Shown: one piece after another, positions 29,841 through 40,164 of the stretch
Layout of the letters: every line of letters begins with the position of its first letter
Position numbering within the stretch: the first letter of the stretch is position 1
Assembly (NCBI GenBank): GCA_965652295.1
Contig: CBFGTS010000011.1
Location: 1-64,000, forward strand
Direction of reading: 5' to 3'
DNA from: an uncultured Haloferula sp.
GTDB taxonomy: Bacteria > Verrucomicrobiota > Verrucomicrobiia > Verrucomicrobiales > Akkermansiaceae
Length of the DNA stretch: 64,000 nucleotides
Made by a program: the position numbers and the translations under genes
Notes under the pieces: model-generated
Database searches by the model: none
Seen by the model: only the letters and a program-made list of their open reading frames with translations
Told to the model about the DNA's origin: nothing

Positions 29841-30709
29841 AATGGGGCCTGTGGTGGGCGTGGATGCTCCTTGTGGTGGCGACGGCGCAGGAGCGGATCG
29901 AAAGTGCGGGTGATGGCGATCTACCGGTGCCGGACGAGATGCTGGAGGCGTATTTCGGCGAGCGGCCGAACGGATTCCTGATCGATCCTCAAGGGCTGCT
30001 GCCGGCCGACGAGATGAAAGAGAGGGAGGAGTTTCTCCGCTACCACTCGGAGGATTCGCAGATCGATTTCTATGTGCTGCTTTTCGGCCGCGGGCAGACG
30101 TTGCCGGAGGGGGTGCGGATCGAAGAACTGGGGGAGCGTTTCGCTCAGAACGACAAGCCCGCGTTGATCGCGCTCTACTTTCTGGGCGAGCCGGACCGGG
30201 CGATGCTCGAGTTCAGTCCGGACCTGAAGGAAAAGGTGAGCGCGGCCGACGCGAACCGGGTTTTGGTGCAATCCGTCCGTGCGGCAGTGGAACACGGCAA
30301 CGTCTTCGATCAGCTCGAAGCCTTCTGTGTCCAGATGGCGATCCGGATTTATTGGGTGGAGCAGGCGGTGGGTCTGGCGGCGGTGGAGGCACCGCCGGAG
30401 AATCGCCCGTTGACGCCCCGGGAAACCGACGCGCCGCCATCGGTGCCGGCGTGGCGGACGGCGCTCGATAGGGCGCTCGGTCAGGTCGGGGTGCCGGTGG
30501 TGACGCTGGTGCTGGCGGTCTTTGCCGGCACGATCGCGCGCTGGCTGATCCGTCGACGAGAGGTGCATACGTTTCCCGTGGTCACCTGCGAAGCCCGTCT
30601 CGGCGGCGGTCATGGTGCCGGGATCGGGTCAGTGGTGACTTTCGGCAGCTCAGCGGTTTCCCCGACCACCCAGCGCGAGCAGACGCGCGATTCGTTGGGA
30701 GGGATTTAA
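29837..30709 (+). CDS. Hypothetical membrane protein with TPM-like periplasmic domain
   Basis: Signal peptide, LIDPQGLL, C-terminal TM and RLGGGHGAG; ATGA overlap with the previous gene. Confidence 0.7.
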   Translation: MKWGLWWAWMLLVVATAQERIESAGDGDLPVPDEMLEAYFGERPNGFLIDPQGLLPADEMKEREEFLRYHSEDSQIDFYVLLFGRGQTLPEGVRIEELGERFAQNDKPALIALYFLGEPDRAMLEFSPDLKEKVSAADANRVLVQSVRAAVEHGNVFDQLEAFCVQMAIRIYWVEQAVGLAAVEAPPENRPLTPRETDAPPSVPAWRTALDRALGQVGVPVVTLVLAVFAGTIARWLIRRREVHTFPVVTCEARLGGGHGAGIGSVVTFGSSAVSPTTQREQTRDSLGGI

Positions 30710-30805
30710 TGTGGTGATCGCGATCACCACACTAACGAGAGGGCGTCCGCAGGTCGCCGAAGTTTCGGATTTCCGTAGTGCCCGCGATGCGCTTGAGTCG
30801 CGGCA

Positions 30806-31954
30806 GTGATCTATCCTCCACTCGATCATCCCGCCTGGCTGGTGGCGGCGTTTCTCCTCGGAATCTGCGTCGGCTCGTTCCTGAACGTCGTGATCTACCG
30901 GCTGCCGCTCGGCTTGTCGGTGAACAATCCGAAGCGCTCGTTCTGCCCGGGCTGTAAGGCTCCGATCCCGATGCGCCGGAACCTGCCTCTGCTCAGCTGG
31001 CTGGTGCTGCGGGGGAAATGCGCGGACTGCGGTGGACGGATCGCAATGCGCTACTTCTGGGTCGAGCTGCTGACGGGGCTGCTTTTCACAGCGGCATGGG
31101 CGGTGCTGGTTTCGCGGGCGCCGACCGATGAATTCGCGCTGGCGCATCTGGCGGTCCTCCCGGTGTGGTTCCTGATCGCGGTGCTGGTGGCGATCGCATT
31201 CATCGATGCCGAGCACATGATCATCCCGCTGGAGCTTTCGATTTCCGGAACGGTGGCGGCGGTGCTTGCTGCGGTGCTGCAACCGGAGCTGCCCGACCTC
31301 GTCGGCTGGCAGATGGTGGCCGGCGGGTGGCTGGCGGGGCTGAAATTTTCCGTGCTGGGGTGGGCGATCGGGTTTTTCGGCCTGTGGGCGGTGGTCCTGT
31401 TAGGGAAACTGGCCTTTGGCAAGGTCGAGCGAAAGCACGCGGAGCCCGTGGCCTGGAGTTTGGAAGAGCCGAAGAACGAGCGGGATCCGATCCTCTTCCA
31501 CATGGGAGGGGAGACGCTGGACTGGTGGGATCTTTTTTACCGGAAGTCGGACCGTTTGGTGATCGAGGCGACGGCGATCGAGGTCAACGGATCGGAGACG
31601 CCTCCGGGCGAGCTCGTGATCCACGGTGGCGGAGTGGTATTGCCGGACGGGGCAGAGATCCCGATCGAGGATCTGCAATCCCTGCACGGCGAGGCGACCC
31701 GGGCCGTGATCCCCCGCGAGGCGATGGGCATGGGTGACGTTCATCTGATGGGCGTGATCGGGGCGTTCCTGGGGCCGTTCGCGGTGTTCTTCTCGTTGCT
31801 GGCGGGATCGTTTCTGGCGATCGTGGCGGCGGTGCTTTACAAGATGGGTTTCGGCACACGGCTGCCATTCGGGCCCTACATCATCGTCGGGGCGGCGATC
31901 TGGTTTTTCGGCGGCTGGAAGCTGGGCGAGTGGTATCTGGCGGTGCTCCGGTGA
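30806..31954 (+). CDS. Prepilin peptidase (A24A, PilD-like) with internal insertion
   Basis: GSFLNVVIYRLP, RSFCPGC, LRGKCADC, FIDAEHMIIP, MGMGDVHL, LPFGPY. Confidence 0.93.
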   Translation: MIYPPLDHPAWLVAAFLLGICVGSFLNVVIYRLPLGLSVNNPKRSFCPGCKAPIPMRRNLPLLSWLVLRGKCADCGGRIAMRYFWVELLTGLLFTAAWAVLVSRAPTDEFALAHLAVLPVWFLIAVLVAIAFIDAEHMIIPLELSISGTVAAVLAAVLQPELPDLVGWQMVAGGWLAGLKFSVLGWAIGFFGLWAVVLLGKLAFGKVERKHAEPVAWSLEEPKNERDPILFHMGGETLDWWDLFYRKSDRLVIEATAIEVNGSETPPGELVIHGGGVVLPDGAEIPIEDLQSLHGEATRAVIPREAMGMGDVHLMGVIGAFLGPFAVFFSLLAGSFLAIVAAVLYKMGFGTRLPFGPYIIVGAAIWFFGGWKLGEWYLAVLR

Positions 31955-32016
31955 CACGATTCGCCGGTGCCCGGGCCTTGATCGCCGGCCGCCACTGTGC
32001 CTAGGACGGGGGACCA

Positions 32017-32943
32017 ATGAGCGACGTCGTTATTCTGTTTTCCGGCCAGGGTGCCCAGAAGGTGGGCATGGGAAAGGACTTCCATGAGGTTTCGGAGGCC
32101 GCGCGGGCGAAGTTCGCGGCGGCCGATGAAGCGCTGGGTTTCCCGCTTTCTCAGGTGATGTTCGAAGGTCCGGAGGAGGAGCTGACGCGCACCTCGCGAT
32201 GCCAGCCGGCGCTTTATCTGCACGGTCTCGTGGCGCTGGACCTGCTGAAGGAAAGACTGCCGCACCTGAACCCGGTGGCGGCGGCGGGTTTGTCGCTTGG
32301 CGAGTTCACCGCGCACACGGCGGCGGGGACGTTTTCCTTTGAGGACGGTTTGCGGATCGTCGCCAAGCGCGGCGGCTTCATGGAGGAAGCCTGCGAGGCC
32401 ACCCAGGGAGCGATGGCGGCGATGATTGGCGGGGATGACGAAGCCGTGGCCGCCTTGGCGGCGGAGCACGATGTGGACGTGGCGAACTTCAACTGCCCGG
32501 GCCAGACGGTGATCTCCGGCGACGAGCCGGGCATCGATGCCGCGGTGGCGGCGGCCAAGGAAAAAGGCATCCGCAAGGCGGTGAAACTGAAGGTGGCCGG
32601 TGCCTACCACAGCCGCTTGATGAAGTCGGCCCAGGACAAGCTGGCGGCGGCACTGGCGGGGGTGGAAATGCAGAACCCCACGATTCCCGTCGTTTGCAAC
32701 TACGCCGCCAAAGCGGTGGGCGAGCCGGCGGAAATCCGGGAAATGCTGGAGAAGCAGGTGACCGGTTCGGTGCGTTGGACCGAGTCGATCCAGAAGCTGG
32801 TGGCCGACGGTCACACGACCTTCATCGAACTCGGCCCCGGCAAGGTGTTGGCAGGGCTGGTTTCGAAAATCGCGAAGGACGTCAAGGTGGTGAGCATCGA
32901 GGATCTCGCCAGCCTGGAGGCGGCGGTCGAGGTGCTTTCCTGA
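32017..32943 (+). CDS. fabD: Malonyl-CoA-ACP transacylase
   Basis: FSGQGAQ, GLSLGEF, GAYHSRLM, ELGPGKVLAGL. Confidence 0.97.
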   Translation: MSDVVILFSGQGAQKVGMGKDFHEVSEAARAKFAAADEALGFPLSQVMFEGPEEELTRTSRCQPALYLHGLVALDLLKERLPHLNPVAAAGLSLGEFTAHTAAGTFSFEDGLRIVAKRGGFMEEACEATQGAMAAMIGGDDEAVAALAAEHDVDVANFNCPGQTVISGDEPGIDAAVAAAKEKGIRKAVKLKVAGAYHSRLMKSAQDKLAAALAGVEMQNPTIPVVCNYAAKAVGEPAEIREMLEKQVTGSVRWTESIQKLVADGHTTFIELGPGKVLAGLVSKIAKDVKVVSIEDLASLEAAVEVLS

Positions 32944-32944
32944 C

Positions 32945-35173
32945 TCAGCGGCTGGTGGTGAGCCGGCCTGGTAAGGCGGTCATCGTATGTCCGTCGGAGA
33001 ACCGCACCTTCATCGGCCCGGTGCCGAAATGATAGACGGCGTAGGTCCGCTTCCCGTCTTTCTGATAGACATTGAAGAACGGGTGGTCGGCCTGCACCCA
33101 CGGGTCGTTGAGACCGAGGGAATCGAGGGTGTGGATCCATTGGTACATAAAGGCATGGGTGTTGCCGCCTTCGAGGCTGCATGCCGGATTTTCGTCCATG
33201 TATGCCACGGCCATCCGCGGATTCTGGAGAGCGTTGAACATGACGATGAGGTCGCCCCAACCGGTGTTGTAGTCGTTTCCCGCAGGGCGGACGCTGACGA
33301 TCCGGTCGTGGTTCTTCTTCACGTAGGCGGGGTGGCGTCCGAGGGAGATCGAGGCGGGTGTGAAGGGCAGCCAGTTGATGCCGTGGATGCAGTCGATGTC
33401 GCCGGGAAACCAGGTGGCAAAGGCTCCTTTGCCACCCCACACCATGCCGAGCGCGACTTGGGGGAAATCATCGGGAAAGTTCGTGCCATCGGCGTCGAAC
33501 CAATACTCCTCCACGGCGGTGCGCTCGGTGTTGTAGAGAAAGATGGCGGTTTCCATCAGCTCGCCGCGCCCGGTCGCCGCGCCCCAGAGCATGATGCCAT
33601 ACCAGGCGTTGAGCGATTCCGAGGAGGATTCCTGATTGTTGCCATCGCCAAAGTCGGCATGCCCGGAGGCCCACGAGTGCCCCGCGTAGAGATCGAAGCA
33701 GCGCAGTTTCGGAAACATCGGATCGTGCGGATCGGGAGAGGCGATGTCGCGGATCAGCAGTTCGACCATCGGGCCCCAGCGGTCCGCCCATTGCCGATCG
33801 ACCCGTGCCACCTCGGCCGCGGCGCGGATGAAGTAGCCGTAGTGGAAATGATGGTCGTTGAGCTGCGCATCGCTGCCATACGAGGGCGGGCTTCCGATGA
33901 GGGTTCCCCACAGCCTGTTGTAGGAAAACAGGGCTTCGGTTGCTCCGGGCGAAGCGGTGAGCCAGTTCTCCAGGCGGGCTTTGATTTCGGTGATGTAGCC
34001 GTCGCGTAGTTCGGTTTCGCCCAGGCTCTCGGCGATGCCGCTGAGGGTGGCGAGTTTGCCGAGGTGTTTGCCCTCCCAGTAGGTGTCCTTGAATCCCGTC
34101 ACGGGAGCCGGAGGTTCCTCGGCTAGATAGCCGAGAAGCCGCTCGCGATCCGTGATGCCGTCCGCAGGCAGCATTGGTAGCAATCCCTGGATCGGAACCC
34201 GGGTGGTGAAACCGGTGCCCCGCGCGAGCTTCATTTCTCCGCGAACGGAGGCGTAGCTCTGACCGGTGAGCGGTGTGGAGGTGTATTTCCACTGATGGGG
34301 ATAGAGCGCGAAGAGGGTTTCGTCGCCATCCCCCTCCATTGCCTCGGTGGTGAACTGGTAGCGGGCGTCCACGCTGCCGCCGCGGATCTGATGGCTGACG
34401 CGGGTGACGGTGACGTGGCGGTGGGCGACTTCGGCAAACGCTCTCAGGGTTTCCGGCTTCGCGTTCGGTAGCAGGGCGATGGAAAAGTAGTTCTTTTCCG
34501 ATTCCAAGGTGAGCGTCGCGGAGCCATCGGATTTCCAGCCCGACCCGGTCGGTCCGAAGACTCCGTAGGCATGACCGCGTACCGTGAGGCCGAGGGTGGA
34601 ATCGCCCTCCGCACCGGACCAGATGACCGGCTTTTCGGCGAAGCGGAGCACCGGTGCCGCTCCGGCATGGCGAGCGTAAACGAAGGGGCTGCCGTGACCG
34701 AAACGGACATCAAGACGCGCTTCGTCCTTGGTGAAACACACGCCGACGAACCAATCGGAAAAATCCGCGAGGACGGCTTCGGGGAAAGCTTCTTTGCTGG
34801 AAAGCCCCAAGGTGACGTCTCCGGTCTCGCCGATGCCGCCGCCGATGATGCCGTGCTCGTTGGCGACGATCGCGGTGCCCGGATAGCCGATCGCCAGCCC
34901 CTGCGGCAGGCAGCGCAAAGCGAGCGGGTGGGGAAAGAGATTCTGCGAATGCTCCTGCCACACGATCGAGCTCCACCACTGGTTGGTCGGCGTGGGACCG
35001 GTGAGGGAAGGAGCGCGGAAGAGGTGCTTCGGCAGCGGCTCGCACGGCCCCGGAAGCGCGGTGGTGTAGCTGCCGGGTCCCACGGAGACGATGTCCGCCG
35101 GGGCGGCGTTCGTGCCGAGCAGCAGGAAACCGAGGGTGAGTGGCAACCGGAGTAGTCGCGGGGTGGACGGCAT
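32945..35173 (-). CDS. Secreted GH81 endo-1,3-beta-glucanase
   Basis: PTNQWWS, LNDHHFHYGYF, GHSWASG, GNNQESSSE; signal peptide from MPSTPR (start inferred). Confidence 0.92.
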   Translation of the reverse strand: MPSTPRLLRLPLTLGFLLLGTNAAPADIVSVGPGSYTTALPGPCEPLPKHLFRAPSLTGPTPTNQWWSSIVWQEHSQNLFPHPLALRCLPQGLAIGYPGTAIVANEHGIIGGGIGETGDVTLGLSSKEAFPEAVLADFSDWFVGVCFTKDEARLDVRFGHGSPFVYARHAGAAPVLRFAEKPVIWSGAEGDSTLGLTVRGHAYGVFGPTGSGWKSDGSATLTLESEKNYFSIALLPNAKPETLRAFAEVAHRHVTVTRVSHQIRGGSVDARYQFTTEAMEGDGDETLFALYPHQWKYTSTPLTGQSYASVRGEMKLARGTGFTTRVPIQGLLPMLPADGITDRERLLGYLAEEPPAPVTGFKDTYWEGKHLGKLATLSGIAESLGETELRDGYITEIKARLENWLTASPGATEALFSYNRLWGTLIGSPPSYGSDAQLNDHHFHYGYFIRAAAEVARVDRQWADRWGPMVELLIRDIASPDPHDPMFPKLRCFDLYAGHSWASGHADFGDGNNQESSSESLNAWYGIMLWGAATGRGELMETAIFLYNTERTAVEEYWFDADGTNFPDDFPQVALGMVWGGKGAFATWFPGDIDCIHGINWLPFTPASISLGRHPAYVKKNHDRIVSVRPAGNDYNTGWGDLIVMFNALQNPRMAVAYMDENPACSLEGGNTHAFMYQWIHTLDSLGLNDPWVQADHPFFNVYQKDGKRTYAVYHFGTGPMKVRFSDGHTMTALPGRLTTSR

Positions 35174-35217
35174 GGCCACCTTACCGGCGGCGGGGCAAGA
35201 GCCTTTCGGCGATGCGC

Positions 35218-38200
35218 TCAGCGATTGCGATAGCGCGGCACGAAGGGTTTCTCGACGGCGTCCGCCACGTCTTCCAGAAGCACCTCGACCGCCTTTTCCA
35301 GCTGTTTGTCCTCGCCGGCGATCAGGTCGGCGGGATCCGGCCAGATGACCACGTCGGGCTCCGCGCCATTCATTTCCATGTCCTCGCCCGTGTCCGGCAG
35401 GAACCAGCCGCGGAATGGCACGCGCAGGGTGCCGGCATCCAGAATGCGATCCTTGGTGGCGGAAATCACGCCGCCGGCGGTGGTCACGCCGACCAGCTTG
35501 CCGCGGCCGAGGGTCTTGATCGCGTGGGCGAAGATCTCGGCGTTGGAGTAGGAGTTCTGGTTGCACAGGACGACCAGCGGCTTGTGCCAGGAGGCGTAGA
35601 CCTTGCGGTCCTGCGGGTAGCCCGGACCACCATCGCGCGGGATCGTCACGGCGTGGCGCGGCTGGCAGAGGACGGTGAGGAGGTGGTCGGTGGTGAAGCC
35701 GCCGCCGTTGTCGCGGATGTCGATGACCAGTCCGCTCTTGCCGTGTCCGGCGGCGTAGATCTGGCGCTCGAAGCGGTCGAACTCGTCCCAGAACATCCGG
35801 GCGATGTGGACGTAGCCGAGTTTGCCGCCGGAAAGTTCTTCGACCTCTTTGCGGTTGTGGGCGATGACCTCGGCCTCGGCGAGGAGCGTGGCTTTCGGGT
35901 AGGAAATCGGCTCCAGCAGATGGGTGTGTTCCTTCTGATCGGAGTCGCGCACGACGAGTTCGATCCGGCGGTCCATGCGCCCGTTCATGAAACGGTGGAC
36001 AGGCGTGCTGCCATCGACCTGGCGTCCGTTGACCCGCACGATGGTATCTCCGGGACGCACCGGCGGGCGACAGGTGGCGGCGGGGCTGCCGGCGATGACG
36101 CTCGCCACGGTGAGGGGGTCTCCGGCACCGTGACGCTTGAAGCGGATGCCGAGGTGGCGCGTCCGCTGGAATTCGGAACCCTCCGCGTTCCATGGCTTCG
36201 GCCACTCTTCGGAAACGAAGGTCAGGTGGGAGGCGTTCAGTTCGCCGAGCAGCATGCCGACCACGCGGTCGAAGGTCCGCGAGTCGGCCGCTTCGGCCGC
36301 GACCGTCTCGTATTTGGTCAGCATGCGATCCCAGTCGAGCCCGTTCATTTCCGGGTCGTAGAACCGGTCGCGCAGCGTGCGCCAGACGAGCCGGAACGAG
36401 GTCCGCTGGTGCGCTCTGCGATCGCGCAGCAGCCGGGCCTCGATCGGGAACTTCTTCAGCCTGCCCTTTTTGAGCGTGGCCGGGGATTGATCGACGATCC
36501 AGTAGAGGGTGCCGTCCCTTTCCGCCCGGATCGGGAGACCGCGCTCGTCGGCCATCACTTCCATCTTGGCTCGCGGGCGAGGCTCGATCCGATAAAGGGT
36601 GTCGTTGCTGCTGTTTTCCGATTGGAAAAGGATCGCCCGGCCATCGCCGGACCACATCACTCGCTTCGGCTCAATGCCGCGGGTGTTCAGACGCACGACC
36701 CGCTCGCTGAGGCCTTCGAAGTCGATCGGCAGCCGTTTGCGGGTGCGCTGGGAACGCTTCTTGGGCGTGGGCTCCGGCTCCAGAAGTTCGCCGGAGATCT
36801 GATCGGGTTCGTCCTCGTCGCTCTCGGTTTCCAGCTGATAGGACGGGTCGTCCCGCATCGCCGCCTCGGCCTCAAGTTCTCGGAGGTCGCGTGTGGATCT
36901 CACCGCTTCGTCGAGCTGCAGGTTGACGTAGAAAAGCCCCATTTCATTGTCGAGACGGCGACCGGTGAAGGCGATGCAGCCGCCGTTGGGAGACCAGCGG
37001 GGCGAGCCTTCGAAATCCGGATGCCGCGAGACGTTGAACGGTTCGATGCTGCCATCGCAGGGAACGATGTAGATGTCGCGGTTGAAATTCTGATCCTGGG
37101 CCGCGAACACCATCCACTCGCCGTCCGGCGACCAGTCGAAACTGGGTGCGTTCCAGCATTCGAAGAGAACCCGCGCGCCCTTGCCATCGGCATCCGCCAC
37201 CACCAGGTGCCCGCTGCCTGAGACGTAGCCGAGCTTGCCGCCCTTCGGACTGAGGGAGAATCGTCGCTTCGGCTCGGGGGAAAAGGTGATCTGTTCGTGA
37301 ACGAACGATTCGGTCTGCCACCAGAACGAGTCGGGATCCTTCCGCGAAAGCCTCCAGATCTGACAGTCGATGCCGTCGTCCTTCGTGTAGTAGACGTATT
37401 TTCCGTCGGGGGAAAACACCGGGTCGTCCTCGAGGGCATCGCTGCGGGTGATCCGGTTCGGCTCCCGCAGCACGGTGTCCATCGCCCAGAGCTCGCCCTC
37501 GGCCTTGAAGACGATCTCCAGCCCGCTGGCGGAAAAATCGGCGTCCACCGTGCCATCGATCTCGCGCATTTCCTGGTGGGTGTCCGGCAGGTCTTCGGCC
37601 TGCCAGATGTCGAGCTTGACCGGCTCGCCACCCTTCTCCGGGTGATAACGCCAGAGGTCGAAGCCGCGGCGGAAGACGATGGTTGAGCCATCCGCGGAGA
37701 GCGATGGCAGCATCACCCCGTCCTCTGTGAAGTGGGTGAGCTGGCGATCCTGCGAACCGTCCATGCGGCGGCTCCACAGGTTGAAGGTGCCGTCCTGCTC
37801 GGAAACGTAGTAGAAGCCTTTTCCGTCCCGCCACGGCAGGGGCGAGCGTGCCTCCCACTCCTCCTTCACCAGCGCGGTGAAGCTTTCTTCGGCGAGGTCG
37901 TAGCGCCAGATCGAGGACGCGCGCGGACCCCGGTAGCCCTTGCGGTAGAGCTGTTCACCTTCGCGGCAGAAAAGCACCGCGGAGCCGTCGGGCAGCCACG
38001 AGGCGCTGTTGCCCTTGGTGTTGAAAAGATAGGCTTCGGGCGCGGTGCGGCGGAGGTCGATGCGGATCAGTCGCTGCGGCCGGAACCCGGGCTCGTCCCG
38101 CTCGCCGCGGATCAGGGCGGTGGTGCCGTCCGGCGAGATCGCCTCCAAGGTGCCTCCTTCGGAGTGAAAGGAAAGCTGGGTGGCGGGGCCGCCCTCAAGA

Positions 38201-38514
38201 GGCATCGAAAAAAGCTGCAAGGCACCCGCGCGGGTCGAACAAAAGAAGAGGGTTTTTCCATCCGGCGCGAAATGCGGGTAGCTGTCGCGCGCCGGGTGCG
38301 CCGTGATCCGCGTTGCCCGGCCACCTTCGGTCGGGCAGCTCCACAAATCCTCCCGCCATTCGAAAACCACCTGTTTCCCATCCGGAGAAACGCAGGGCCA
38401 GCTCGTCATCAGCACCTCGCCCGCGGCGGCGGGCCGCGCGGACTCCGCCGCTTGGAGCGGACAAGCCAGCCAAGCGGTCGCAACGATGAGAAAAAAGACG
38501 GAAACCCAATGCAT
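35218..38514 (-). CDS. Tricorn-like S41 protease (PD40 propellers, PDZ, S41)
   Basis: TolB-like SPDG repeats, GELNASH, DIRDNGGG, SYSNAEIF; start 38514 or 38550. Confidence 0.93.
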   Translation of the reverse strand: MHWVSVFFLIVATAWLACPLQAAESARPAAAGEVLMTSWPCVSPDGKQVVFEWREDLWSCPTEGGRATRITAHPARDSYPHFAPDGKTLFFCSTRAGALQLFSMPLEGGPATQLSFHSEGGTLEAISPDGTTALIRGERDEPGFRPQRLIRIDLRRTAPEAYLFNTKGNSASWLPDGSAVLFCREGEQLYRKGYRGPRASSIWRYDLAEESFTALVKEEWEARSPLPWRDGKGFYYVSEQDGTFNLWSRRMDGSQDRQLTHFTEDGVMLPSLSADGSTIVFRRGFDLWRYHPEKGGEPVKLDIWQAEDLPDTHQEMREIDGTVDADFSASGLEIVFKAEGELWAMDTVLREPNRITRSDALEDDPVFSPDGKYVYYTKDDGIDCQIWRLSRKDPDSFWWQTESFVHEQITFSPEPKRRFSLSPKGGKLGYVSGSGHLVVADADGKGARVLFECWNAPSFDWSPDGEWMVFAAQDQNFNRDIYIVPCDGSIEPFNVSRHPDFEGSPRWSPNGGCIAFTGRRLDNEMGLFYVNLQLDEAVRSTRDLRELEAEAAMRDDPSYQLETESDEDEPDQISGELLEPEPTPKKRSQRTRKRLPIDFEGLSERVVRLNTRGIEPKRVMWSGDGRAILFQSENSSNDTLYRIEPRPRAKMEVMADERGLPIRAERDGTLYWIVDQSPATLKKGRLKKFPIEARLLRDRRAHQRTSFRLVWRTLRDRFYDPEMNGLDWDRMLTKYETVAAEAADSRTFDRVVGMLLGELNASHLTFVSEEWPKPWNAEGSEFQRTRHLGIRFKRHGAGDPLTVASVIAGSPAATCRPPVRPGDTIVRVNGRQVDGSTPVHRFMNGRMDRRIELVVRDSDQKEHTHLLEPISYPKATLLAEAEVIAHNRKEVEELSGGKLGYVHIARMFWDEFDRFERQIYAAGHGKSGLVIDIRDNGGGFTTDHLLTVLCQPRHAVTIPRDGGPGYPQDRKVYASWHKPLVVLCNQNSYSNAEIFAHAIKTLGRGKLVGVTTAGGVISATKDRILDAGTLRVPFRGWFLPDTGEDMEMNGAEPDVVIWPDPADLIAGEDKQLEKAVEVLLEDVADAVEKPFVPRYRNR

Positions 38515-38740
38515 CGACTCCAATCTATACGAGGAAGCGTCGAGTTTCATACGTTACATGTTTCGGGAAACCAAAGTATTTTTCCGCCGGTTAACCCCTT
38601 TCAGCACCCGCCGTACCAGCCGGGCGGCGATGATGGGCCGACGGGCCGGATCTGGAGAAGGCGGCGGTCGATGAACGACTTTGGTCCCGATGTCGAGCCT
38701 TGGAATCCCGCTTTCGCCGGGATCTCCTCGGGGCATCCCG

Positions 38741-40018
38741 CTATTGCTGGCTTTCCTGGTGCTCGCGGATGCGGCGGTTCATGTGGTCGACCACATTCGG
38801 CGGCAGTTCGTTCGAGGTCATCCAGCGGGTGGCCGCGTCGAAATCCCGTCGCATCCATCCTTCCAGCATGCGGCGATACATCCGCCCCTGCTGACGGCCG
38901 TCCTCGATGCGGTCGATGTAGCTGACGGCGACCTCGGGGTCCTCCCGGAACGCATGCCAGACGAACTGCTGATAAACACGGTCGTTGGCGTCGCCGGCGT
39001 GCTGGTCGAGGAACTCGGCGGCGGCGCGCGGGTTCTCCACCGCCATTTGATTGGTCAGGCCGCGGAGGGCATTGCTGCGCATGTCGCCCTCGGGCAGCGA
39101 ACGGAAAAAGGAGAGGGCACCGTCGCGGTCGGTATTCGCCCAAGCGGTGACGGCGTCATCGATGCCACGGCCGGCCTCCTCGCCGGGATTCGAGGAAAGC
39201 CAGTAGGCGGCGTCTGCCGGGTCGGAGCGCATCAGCTCGTCGGCCAGGCGGCGCACCGCACCATCGCGCAGGCGCTCGTCGGAGATCGCCGCGACCCAGG
39301 ATTTCGCGACATCGGTGCCTTGTTCGAGGATGTGCGGCATGATCGAGTTCAATGCCTCGCCCCGTTCCCGGGAGAAAGGCATCTCGGTCATCAGCTGGGT
39401 GGCCAGCGTGGGATCGTTCGCCGCGATGCCGCGGATCACGCCCACCATCAGCGGATTGGCGCCATCGCCCTCGTGAGCGGTGCGCGCCCAGGCAATCGCA
39501 CTCTGCGGGTCGCTCGCCGCCCAGGTGGCGAGGATGGTGTTGCGGGCAAAGGGGTGATCGATGTTCTCCGTCGCGTAATCGAGCGCTGCGAGCGGGTCGA
39601 GTTTCGCCCACGCCGTCATGAGCATCTCATACTCGGCCATGTTTTCCCGGGAGAATCCCTTCTCCCGGAACTGGGCGACCACCGCCTCGAACTGGTCGCG
39701 GTCGAGCGTATTGACAAAATCCAGCCACGCCTGGATGCGGGAGAGGGGGTCGCCGTCCTTGATGATCCGCTCCATTTCCTCGGTCAGCACGTCCCATGAC
39801 GGCTCCCCGGCCAGTGTGTCGCGTTCGCCGATTCTTGCGCCGGTCGACGCATCCGCTCCCGCAGAACTCCGGCTTCCGCGCCCGGTGAGGGCATGGTTGG
39901 CCTCCTCCAGCGTGCCGTCCGCGGGGGAGGCAGGGTGGGGTGCGGTCGCGCGGCCGAGGAAGAACGCGCCAGCTCCGGCGACGACGACGGTGGCGATCAA
40001 GGGTAGGGTAGGCTTCAT
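38741..40018 (-). CDS. Hypothetical membrane-anchored helical-repeat protein (WxxxDPxAAxxW repeats)
   Basis: N-terminal TM; repeated WAKLDPLAA, WAASDPQSA, SDPADAAYW, DFDAATRW. Confidence 0.85.
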   Translation of the reverse strand: MKPTLPLIATVVVAGAGAFFLGRATAPHPASPADGTLEEANHALTGRGSRSSAGADASTGARIGERDTLAGEPSWDVLTEEMERIIKDGDPLSRIQAWLDFVNTLDRDQFEAVVAQFREKGFSRENMAEYEMLMTAWAKLDPLAALDYATENIDHPFARNTILATWAASDPQSAIAWARTAHEGDGANPLMVGVIRGIAANDPTLATQLMTEMPFSRERGEALNSIMPHILEQGTDVAKSWVAAISDERLRDGAVRRLADELMRSDPADAAYWLSSNPGEEAGRGIDDAVTAWANTDRDGALSFFRSLPEGDMRSNALRGLTNQMAVENPRAAAEFLDQHAGDANDRVYQQFVWHAFREDPEVAVSYIDRIEDGRQQGRMYRRMLEGWMRRDFDAATRWMTSNELPPNVVDHMNRRIREHQESQQ

Positions 40019-40164
40019 GAGGAGGTTGGGAAAACGTGCCCCTTATACGCGGCACCGCACCGGATCTTATTTCCAAAACGTCCGGTCCCGGCGGGTGATG
40101 CGGAAACCGGAAAGGCGAAAGATGCGTCGCCTCTTTTGCTCCATCAAGTGACTCCATCGCTTTT

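Noticed and set aside
38703..38725. GAATCCCG-CTTTCGC-CGGGAT hairpin resembling dRS3-type repeats
   Set aside because: Single degenerate copy; equally explained as a terminator-like stem.
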